DNA of 64,000 bases from Octopus sinensis. Lineage: Eukaryota. The notes below the pieces were generated by a model. The model was not told the origin of the DNA and made no database searches. It saw only the letters and a list, made by a program, of their open reading frames with translations. How positions within the stretch are numbered: position 1 is the first letter of the stretch; each line of letters starts with the position of its first letter. Below, piece by piece: positions 53,201-64,000 of the stretch. The translations under genes were made by a program, and so were the position numbers. The DNA is taken from the NCBI RefSeq assembly GCF_006345805.1, contig NC_043013.1, positions 47,058,001-47,122,000 of the forward strand, given 5' to 3'.

Positions 53201-53766
53201 GTATCTGCCAGAGGATGGGGCACATGCATAATGAGAACGGAGGGGCTGATAAAGATGCAGGAGAAAAGGAAGCAAGACTGCTGCCTGCCCGAGTTTGTTA
53301 TTAGCAACCATTGAGGCGCTTGATTAACATTTTCTACATCCCCTTTTCCTCTCTGGCCCCTACCCCAACCACCACTTCCATCTCTAGCCTCATCCCGCTC
53401 CTCACACCCACCCACCTACCCCAGACCATTCTCATCATCATCACCCCATGCCTTCTACTTATTTCGCCTTACAATCATTCTTTTTATATCACCTTTTATT
53501 TTAGATCTTTTGTTTTACCAACACATAAGCACATATGAATGAACACACAGACACACACACAGACACATAGACACACACAGACACACACATGCTTATATAG
53601 ATGCATAACAAGTGCAAACTTTTACATACCCTTAATACATACATACATATATCTCCATATGTATGCTTGCATATACATACATACAAACATATATATGTGT
53701 GTATATGAGTATAATTTTACATGCATGTATATGTGTATATATACAAATACAAATACACATATATAC

Positions 53767-53818
<52 letters not shown>

Positions 53819-53988
53819 ATATATATATATTATATATATATGAATGTACACACACACAATATATATATTATATGTATATGTATATGTATATATATATATT
53901 ATACCTATGTACATATATGTGTATATGTGTATTTTATAACTGTGCGTGTCGAATTTTATGTATGCATACACATGCATGTGCACATGTG

Positions 53989-54025
<37 letters not shown>

Positions 54026-54371
54026 ATATATATGCATATATGTGTGCGTGTGTGTATGGGTATATACGCAACCACACACATATATATGCATACGTAACTA
54101 AATATCTTCAGAGAAAGGTATCTCCATATGTCCGTACATGCGCACAAATATGTTCATATATGTGTGCGCGTATACATATTTAAATGTGCATATGTGTACA
54201 TGTGTAAATATTCATGCATGTGCGCACATTCATGCACAAGTATATGCACATTTGCGCATGTCGTTCTCTCTCCCTCACCTCCTTCTGTCTCTCAAATGCA
54301 CACATACCCCTTCTCTATCACTCTCTCCTCTCTCCCTCTCACTCCCCTCTCTCTTTCTCTGAATGCATATA

Positions 54372-54418
<47 letters not shown>

Positions 54419-54858
54419 ATGTATATACACATATATTTATATATATATATGTATATATATGTATACGCATACAGTATGCGTGTACGTTTGTGTAATGTTA
54501 ATGGCTGTGTGTAAGCATGTATATATGTATACCATACATATACATACACATATATAAATGTATTTATATGTATATATCTACATATATATATATATACATA
54601 TATATATATAAATATATATATATATAATATATACATATTTATATATATACATATATTTACATGTATATTGTTTTAAATGCATACGCATGTTTAAATATAT
54701 TAAGCATTCACATACATTTGTATATATTTACACACATATATACATACATATATCAAAACACATTTACATATGTATGTATACGTGTTTGGTTTTAATCACA
54801 CGTATATACGTTTACACATATTCACAAATATAGACTCACACATATTAAGTTTAACTAT

Positions 54859-54922
<64 letters not shown>

Positions 54923-56420
54923 CTATGTATGTATGTATCTGCGTCCCTACAAGTTTTTATGTATGTATTTATGTATGTACCCCTATACTCTCTCCCTGAA
55001 ATCGTTGAATCTATATGCCTCTCTTAATTTTCCCTCACAACTCCCATTTTCCCTGCACGTCTCCTATTTTTATCACTCTTTCTCTGTCACGCTTTCTCTC
55101 TCTCCCACCTTTACTCTGTCTCTTTTTCTCTCTCACACACTACTTTTCATATTTTTTCTTACCAGCCGTCCCTGTTCGGTATGTTTTTTTTTCCTGTAAA
55201 AATAAATAAAAATATATATAATAAAATAAATTTTGAAAAATTTCTCTAAAATAATATAAAGTGAAATAAAAAAAAAAGAAGGAAAGAATTCGATTCTAAG
55301 CGCACTAATTAAATTTCTATTTTTTTCTTGAATTGCATGTTTCTACTTTAAAAAAATTCTTATTTATATATATATTTTTTTTTATTGAAAACTTGCCTCA
55401 GAAATGTATTTTTCACATTTTTTAATGGCTGCTTCTTTCATTCCTATTTTCTAGACAAGTTTTTCTTTTTTAGGTTTTCATTTTTATTTATCATTTTGCA
55501 CCCCATCCATCTTCCTCTCAGACCCAGCTCACCTTGTCAAACCCCGAAAAATTATAATAATAAAAAAGAAGAGTTTTTTTTTTTTTAAAAATCTAAAACC
55601 TTTAATTCAAAAAAATTAATAAAACACAAAAAAACATCGACTCTATTTTTACTTATTTTTCGTTTTGTTTAGCATTTTTATCATCAAATTTATTGGAATG
55701 TTTTAAAATTTTGTTTTCAATTTTATTTAATTTTTTGAAATTATATTTTAAGGATTTTTTTGTAGGTTTTCATCTGCACAAACATGGCGTCATCTGCAAC
55801 CCAGTGGAATTATCAAGCACATCATTTAGGCTGTGGCCCATCGATTTTTTCATTTTTAAGCGCTCACTGACTGTACACTTCTCTTTCTCTCATTTTAATT
55901 TCTTCTTCCATTTAAAATATATTCACTGTCTCTTTCCCCCCAGATCCTTCCCAGAATTCAATCTCCCCAACACCATAACTCTAATTTTACTTTTGTATTT
56001 GTTCTGTGTATTTTATCTTTTCGAATTTCATTAAAAATTTGTCTTCCTATCACTTCTTTGTTATTTCGCTTACATCCATCAAGCTCATTCTGTTTGCATG
56101 TCTGTCTCTTAGTTTCTATAGCCTTTACTGGCAGCATTTTCAAATTTCCAGCTTATCTTTTGCATTTTCTATATTTTTTTGTTTTGTTTTGACATAAAAA
56201 TGGTATTTTGAAAAATTTTTGCTTAAAACTATTTTTCTTCTATTTCTATTTTAATTACAATAAATTTGTGTACATCAGCTCAAACATAGCAATGTAATGA
56301 TGAAATTTCACATAGAATGATAGACCATTGCTAGAACATAGGAATTGTACGATGAAATTCCTTATAGAATGATTGACTATTCCTAGAACATAAAAATCTT
56401 ATGTAGGAATTTCATACAAT

Positions 56421-56464
<44 letters not shown>

Positions 56465-56727
56465 TAGCACACACAGAGATATGATACAACTATGAATATA
56501 TGTATATGCGTGTGTGTGTGCGCGTATCTCTGTGTATATATGTATATATATGTATACATATATACATACATATTAATGAAGATATAAGAAAGAAAATTAT
56601 GTAACTCTTTGTTAAACACCCAATCTTTGGATTCATCAAAGAAATTCGATTCCACTATATAACATCTGATGTTAATGCCTTCATATGCATTCCTAAAACA
56701 TCGTTATATATATATATAATGTATAAC

Positions 56728-56795
<68 letters not shown>

Positions 56796-56826
56796 CATAT
56801 ACACATACATCCTCCACACACACACA

Positions 56827-56929
<103 letters not shown>

Positions 56930-57934
56930 GCGATTGCATTTTTTAAGCGCGACATTTTTTCTATGCATACTGACTCAGTAACGTATAAAACATATTCTTC
57001 CATTCACATACACTACATTGACTCGCTATCTGCAGAATCATTATTGATTTGTTATGAACTTAAATGTTATCGATACAATCGTTAAGTACACAACCAATAA
57101 TGTTTCCCTATTGATGTGTTTGGGATATAATCTGTCGAAGATTTTCTATGATCGCAATCGCAGGACCTATTTAATTCTTTTTTAATGGGTTAGCCAGATG
57201 ATGAAGGGCAACGCCCACCATGGTTTTATGGTTTTCGGGTTTGTTGAGTGGAAATAAGTTATCTTCAGCTGAAAACTTAGCGTGGCTACTGATAACTTGT
57301 AATTATGTAAGACTCCGCTAAGAGTAGCCAAGTGGTATGGAAGATGTTTTAAATCCGGGCGATGGATAAATATCAAAAGCCAAAAGTGAGACGAAATAAT
57401 ATGAAACGAGATAATAGAAAACTGTTAACGTTAGACGAATTAGACAAGGTGGAGTGGTCAAAGTCAAGAACTGATTGGTAAAATAATAGAGAAATAAGTG
57501 AAAAAAAAAAAATGAAATTGGGAAATTAGTGAAATGACAATATGACTCAATTTCTATTTTAATTACAATAAATTTGTGTACATCAGTTCAAGCACAGCAA
57601 TATAATAATGAAATTTCACATAGAATATGTTCATTCGAGAAAAAGTATCCCGTGAGAAAGATTCCGGGATGTGAAATGAAAGAATAATCTAAGACGTTCT
57701 TTAGAATTCCAAGATTGATTCCTTGCTCTCTCCTTCAAAATGTTTTTTTTAAATAGTGAAATAGTGAGAGAACATGAATATTTTAGTAAAATGTATTCAT
57801 TGTCATAAAAGTCTCTTTTTTTATATTTTTTTTTTGTTTTGCTTTGTTTTGTTACAGCTAAGATTTACTCCTGATTCAAGTAGCAACGCTTTTGTTGTTG
57901 TTTTTCAGCCTTAAGTAATCGATCAAGCGACAAG

Positions 57935-58100
57935 GTGAGACCCGCAGCTCTAACTTTACTGTCACACTATACTTCATTCACGTTCTGCGCATGTGCAGTC
58001 GTAGTGACGTATAGTAACGTGCGGAGTGTCGTAGTTTGGATGCATTCTCCACAGCTCAACGTATTTCTGTTTATCGTTTATGTACTTGGGTATGAGTAAG
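57935..58100 (+). promoter_or_regulatory. Promoter-like CpG-containing patch
   Basis: ctgcgcatgtgcag (NRF1-like), gtgacgta (CRE-like), clustered CpGs, ending at a strong donor atga|gtaagt. Motif inference only. Confidence 0.25.
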
Positions 58101-58832
58101 TATTTCATTTATATCTCGCGTATTTGCCGCTGAAGAGGGGAAAATTTCTTATGAATTAACCCCGAAATTGGATCAATACGGTAATAACGAATTTTTTAGA
58201 GATTTCTATCGGTTTGTTTCGAGACGCATAAATTATAATGGTTGACGACAATTTTTTGTTTCGGCATATTTGGCATTAGAATTTTTTTGCTGCCCTTATC
58301 TTGTAAATTATATATATATATATATATAGGAGATGTACTCGCATAGCAAGTAATTTGATCTGAGATCGTGTGCTGAAACGAAAACAATTGCAGCGTGGAA
58401 GGTGTTTGTAAGCCATTCAAGAAACACACAAAAGCCGTTCGATTCACTTCAACATTTAAGTTTAATTTGTCAAAATATTTTCGTCGCTAAAAATCCGGGC
58501 TGCATCTGAGAAAGTAACAGTTAGTTCGTCATATATATGTACGTATGTATGTGTGTATGTATGCATACACATATGTATGCATGTATGTATGTATGTATGT
58601 ATGCATGTACGTACATACGCCTGTGTATGCATGTATGTATGTATGTATGTATGTATGTATGTATGTATGTATGTATGTATGTATGTATATATGTATGTGT
58701 ATGTATATGCACGCACATACACACTATAAACATAAAGCTATAAACCTGTAGTGATGGATAGATGTAGAGTGACCACTCATCACAATAATATCAAATTTCA
58801 ACTTCCCCCGCCGAAACCATATATATATATAT

Positions 58833-58952
58833 AGGAGAGGAAAAATTATAATAAGGCAGAATACTAAATTGAAAGTAAATTTTAATTAAAATGGGTGTAT
58901 GGAAAAAATTTACTTTAAATTAAGCATTCTGCCTTATAATTTTTCTTCTCCT
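58833..58952. repeat. ~48-bp imperfect inverted repeat with a short spacer
   Basis: aggagaggaaaaattataataaggcagaat...aagtaaattt versus aaatttacttt...attctgccttataatttttcttctcct. Confidence 0.8.
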
Positions 58953-58993
58953 TTCATTTCTCTACGTGCGGTCAACACAACCCCACCAGTTAT

Positions 58994-59042
<49 letters not shown>

Positions 59043-59744
59043 CATTGGGCCTTGAGCCCAATAATGGCATTTCATGCATTGGGTACATATTAAAGTACAT
59101 ATTAAACTTGACCAATATTTTTCAAGCAATGAACAATTTTCGTCAAAACAATGATACAGTTTGTCGACTTGGAATTATTGCAAAGCTTCATGATAAACAA
59201 CATGTTTTGTCTTCCAGTTCGTTGTGTGTGTGTGGGGGTCAGTACAAGTTTTTTTCTGTGTAACCTTTTTCTTTCTTTCTTTTTCTTTTTCTGTTAATTG
59301 TTTTCAACCATTACCCCCACTATCACCATTACCACCGTCACCACAACTGCCATACACACACCATTCAGACTTCTAACACCACCACCCTCTTCAACACCTT
59401 CAACTTCACCGCCTTCCCCTCCACCACTATCACCACTGTCTTTCATACCCCTTTCTATCACCGTCATGCTTGACCGCCTCAGCCACCACTACCACCACCA
59501 TCATCATCGTCGCCTCCGCCTCTATCACAACTACAGCTCATACTATTACTATCACCCTATTACCATCTCAACTGTCAATCTACTACCGCCGTCACCGTCT
59601 CTATGTCTACTTTAATCTCGCCCGAGCAAGAGGAGTAGAAGTAGTGCCATTGAATAGTGAGAGAGGGGATCAAAGTGTGACACACTGACACACAGAAATT
59701 CGTTTTGGCATTTATTATTATATGTATATACATACATATATTCT

Positions 59745-60640
59745 TTTATTTGTTTCAGTCATTTGACTACGGTCATAGTGGGGCATCACCTTCCCGAATT
59801 TTTGTCGAATGAATCGACTCCAGTATTCTTTTATATTGTTTAAGCCTGTTACTTATTCTATCGGACTCTTTTGCCGAACAGCTAAGTTACAGGACGTAAA
59901 CACACCAACACCATCCATCTTAACGTTCCGAGTCCAAATGCTGCCGAGTCGACTTCGGCTTTCTTCATTTCAGAGTTGATAAAACTTCTGTCAATCCGAC
60001 CCTGGGGTCAATGTAACTGACTTACCACTTCGAGCGAAATTGCTGGCCTTGTGGCGTCAAAATTTGAGATAAATATTAAGTTACGGACATTTACGCTCTA
60101 AGAGGTTAACTTTACTCGGTCATACATACGGAAGAGAAAAGAACTTATAAAGTGAGTTACTAGGATCAATATATTGGTTTCAAATTCTGGCACAAGGCCA
60201 GTAATTTCGGGGAGGGGAATAAGCTGAGTACATCGATCCCGGTGCTGGTACTTTTTTTTATCGATACCGGAAGGATGAAAAGCAATGTCAATCTCGGTGG
60301 AATTTCAACTCAGAAAGTAAAGACGGGCTTTAAAATATCCGCTAAATATTTTGCCCGGCGTGCTAACGATTCTGCCAGCTCGCCGCCTTACTACGATTAG
60401 TATATTAAACTGATACTTTTCCCTCAAAATTGCTGTCTTTACATCTGAATTAGAAACCGATTGAGGGCGATAGAATGGCAAAATCGTTACAACGTCAGAC
60501 AGACAAAATATCTCACGGCATTTATTTAGATTCATTACATCTCCAGTTTAAATTCCACCAACTGCTACTTTGTCTTACTTTCAGAATCAATGAAATAGAC
60601 CACGAGTCAAGTTCTGTGGTCGATGTAATCCACTAGCACC
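59745..60640. mobile_element. SINE cluster: C 3' half (-, 59745-59911), B (+, 59921-60070), B (-, 60171-60389), B (+, ~60465-60640)
   Basis: Homology to the other copies in the window. Confidence 0.75.
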
Positions 60641-61219
60641 ATCTCTTTCATTCCCTTAAAGGTTAAAAAAAAATTGGCTCAAATACTTAAACTGAGGCAG
60701 AAGAACGAATTGCTTGTCCATCCCACACCAATAAAGCAGGTGGTCCTCCTCAACTTTCTCCTTTTATCTTGTAAAGCTCTACTCAGAATACACATTGAGA
60801 ATGCTGTTGCCGAAGAGAATTCTTCAGAGGAAGGCCACCTACTAAAGAAAAGCATGTCACTACACACTGATCTTGACATCGGAGAGGCAATACTTTCCGA
60901 GGAACGAGATTTCGCGCCGATATTAAGATCGAGAGACGGAGAGGTTCAGTTGCCTTGGAAAAGTTTCCCAAACTTTTTCTTCGATTGACAGAATGCTTGT
61001 GTGTGTGTGTGTGGGGGTGTGTCAGTGTGTGTGTGTGTGCCCTCGGTGCTGCTGTTTCTGCTAACATTACTTGTGAATAACAACAAAATATGAAGAGTGA
61101 GAAAAAGTGGTACAAAGATATTAATACATATCAAAGTTTAGAAGATTATTGGAAAAAATATAAAAATTCTAATTACCTACCTATGCACTACGCTCATTCT
61201 ATTTTTCTTTATCTGAATC

Positions 61220-61260
<41 letters not shown>

Positions 61261-61280
61261 ATTCTCGATGTGTGTGTCTG

Positions 61281-61375
61281 TGCGATGATTTTTGGTAAGC
61301 GGTGTCGATTTTACAAATCTGTAAATAGTAATAATCTCTATAATATATAAACGGCCGAATGTGTGTGTGTGTGTG

Positions 61376-61414
<39 letters not shown>

Positions 61415-61961
61415 TGTCCTTTACACAAATCCACAATTTTTCAGTTAGAGGGCTCGCACTTTCTATGGTCATTAAAACCGTCAGGGTGGTTGTGCACATC
61501 TTTACATTTCCCCAGTCACCCAGCAAAGCCATTAGAAACTCAACAGAAGTGACTTTTTTGTGAATTTTTCTATCCAAAACCCAGTCAAAATGCCCGAAAC
61601 TTGATACGCCAATTGAATGCCAGCTAGCTGTATGTGATTAGTCGGAGATTTGGACAGTACTCGCGTATATGTGCGCATGCACGCAGCTGTATATGCATGC
61701 ACTAGTACTATTTTATAAGCTTAAAGCATATAAGCCATCACAGTGCATTGACTAAGGTAAATTGTTTAACAGTGGAGCATATAAGCACTCGACGGAAAAA
61801 GTAGGGTTGTCCGTACGCGTAGGACAATCCTACTTTTGCCGTCGAGTGCTAGACAATTTAGACATCAATGCACGGTAATGGCTTATAAGCTTTAAGCTTA
61901 TAAAATATTATTACTATTTACAGATTTGTAAAATCGACACCGCTTACCAAAAATCATCGCA
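61281..61961. repeat. Large palindrome (55-bp perfect outer arms plus an inner ~200-bp MITE-like palindrome) interrupted by a Helitron-like insertion
   Basis: 61281-61335 is the exact reverse complement of 61907-61961. Inner arms are ttttataagcttaaagc/gctttaagcttataaaa and agcactcgacgg...ttgtcc/ggacaa...ccgtcgagtgct around tacgcgta. Confidence 0.9.
61335..61705 (+). mobile_element. Non-autonomous Helitron-like element with an internal (TG)n
   Basis: A|TCTCTATAATATATAAACGG ... gcatgca-(12)-tgcatgc a CTAG|T; no TSD. Confidence 0.55.
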
Positions 61962-62096
61962 GATAATGCATTGTATATTTTTTTATAAAAGCAACACTAT
62001 GAAATTATATTTCTTCAATCTGACAGAGAAAAGCTAGGAATACGTTGATGTAATGGTAGCTCACTTGTCACGAAAACATAGAGGTGTTTTCGTGTC

Positions 62097-62192
62097 CCAC
62101 GCGTATAGACGACCCAAATTTTTCCGTCGAGAAGATTTACCATATTCAATGCACGGTAATCGCTTATGAGCTTTAAGCTTATAAAATATTAT
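62097..62192 (+). repeat. Right half of a second copy of the inner 61.7-61.9 kb palindromic element
   Basis: acgcgta...tttttccgtcgag...tcaatgcacggtaatcgcttatgagctttaagcttataaaatattatt. Confidence 0.75.
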
Positions 62193-62255
62193 TATTAATA
62201 TGTATATAAGGACAGCTAGCTAGATAAAGAATATTTCATATTGCATTGTACATGT

Positions 62256-62332
<77 letters not shown>

Positions 62333-64000
62333 TATATATAGTACATTTACTTAAATATGTGCGTGAGAGCGTGTATGCATTATATTGCATAACATATCAT
62401 ATTCCACAATATGCATACACACACACATACACACACACACACACATATATATATGTATATATATATATATATATATATACACGCTGATATCGAAGAGTGA
62501 GAATGAGTGCTCAAATCTGCATTGGTGGATAAATGTTCTTCGCTTTTGACCAAACAAGGTAAATAATGGTTTCATATTTATCTACTACATAAATACGAGT
62601 GTATGTGAATATGAATGTGCGTTTAACCCCAAAAGGCGTCCTGAAGAAAAAAAAACAGAAGAATTTGAATTTCGGAATATGCATCCCTAAGAGAAAATTG
62701 TCCGCAAATGATAATATAAATATATAATTAGCTACGAGGAATAACTCAACTTTTAGATCGACAAATCTCTCACTGTCCTTCGCCATCAATCTACTACTCT
62801 CCGTCTGTCTGTCTGTCTGTCAGTCTCTTTCTCTCTCCCCCTCCCTCTCTCTCTCTTTCGCTCTCTTTGTATATGTATTAACTCTAACGCATTGCTTTCA
62901 TTTTGTTTAAAACCTCGCATTATCGCGATTAATTTCATTTTATGACAGACATCACATACAAATCGTATTTTCTGCTTGTGTAAAAATGATCAAAATTTAA
63001 GCTTCTGCTACAATTTTCTAAATTTTTTTCTGGAATAAAAGAATCCAAACCTCCGATTCATCTTGAAAAGTACATCAATATACCAAGTCTGAAAAGTTTC
63101 ACGTAAATTTCCAAATTTCAAAATCTATGACAGCAGTAGAAAAGATCTCCTCCTTTCTAAACATATATCCATCTCATTTTCTCATGGTAAACTTTCTCAC
63201 GTTTTATAGAAGTATATCGCTTGTGTGTGTATGCATGTGTGTAAAGAATTACATTAGGGTGGCAGAATGATTTAAAATAGGTGTGTAAAAGATAATTTAT
63301 TTTAATAACATTCTTTTCCGTAATTTTTTTTCGAACACACACACAAACAAACAAACACACACACACTGAGTCGCTTGGCGTGGAGTGAGCTTTAAAAATT
63401 TAAATTACAAATGTTGTTGTTGCTTAAAACCCAGCAATGAACAGCCATGTCATAACTGTGTTTATGGGGAGAAAAAATATCGAAAAACCATCAATGCATG
63501 TCTGAGTGACAAAGAAACGGGGGAACGTACAAAGTGATCGTAGGATGCGCTAGAAACAACAGCTAAATCTCTCTCTTAACGCATTCGGAAGTTACAGATT
63601 CGGTCTGTTTATGTTTTAGAAGTATGATTTTTTTTTTAAATTCGAAACAAAGCTGAAATTTTAGGATATAGGCAGGGGTAGGATTAATGCAAAACATTAG
63701 AATACAAATCACTATTTTTTAAAAGAGCGTTTCAGTTTCTCTTTGAAAACAATGAAAGCGTGGACTGGAATGGTGGTCGCAGATTTCCAAAAGTTTTTTA
63801 TTTTTTTGTAAACTTAAAGGCTTCTCCCATCGTTTGTAAGTGCCTAGTGCAAAAAGAAAAAAAAAGACACTGGCCAAAATCAGTACTGAGGGAGGGAGTT
63901 GGGGGGTGAAATATTTTAACTTTTTTTCTTTTGTATCGAAAGGGCGTCTCCCAGTGTTTTTAAGTGCGTTGTGCAAAAATGAATAAATAAATAACAACTA

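Noticed and set aside
51297-53225. Long His/Thr/Val/Gly-rich ORFs (e.g. 51425..52072, 52662..53150)
   Set aside because: Frames stay open on both strands simply because of GGT/GAT trinucleotide degeneracy. There are no splice or domain features.

Overview
AT-rich, microsatellite-dense animal genomic DNA that looks intronic or intergenic. The repeat families resemble those I recall from Octopus genomes; this is an inference and was not searched. No host protein-coding gene can be called confidently. Nearly all ORFs in the track are translations of microsatellites or SINEs. The window is a graveyard of mobile elements: (i) a full-length but dead mariner (30502-31793; 25-bp perfect TIRs, TA duplication); (ii) an internally deleted RTE/BovB-type LINE (~22370-24362); (iii) three fragments of restriction-like-endonuclease (R4/Dong-type) LINEs; (iv) Penelope-like remnants, including a GIY-YIG domain; (v) three non-autonomous Helitron-like elements (TC...CTAG, A|T insertion site); (vi) more than 25 tRNA-headed SINE copies from at least three families with shuffled heads and tails; and (vii) several long fold-back palindromes. 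The most interesting signal is a complete type I hammerhead ribozyme fold at 9386-9450. It closely resembles the Schistosoma full-length hammerhead and carries two point substitutions. It sits next to a divergently oriented minimal hammerhead-like motif that recurs at 41.1 kb, suggesting ribozyme-bearing Penelope/retrozyme-type retroelements. A pre-miRNA-like hairpin, two promoter-like patches and a few candidate exons are flagged at low confidence.
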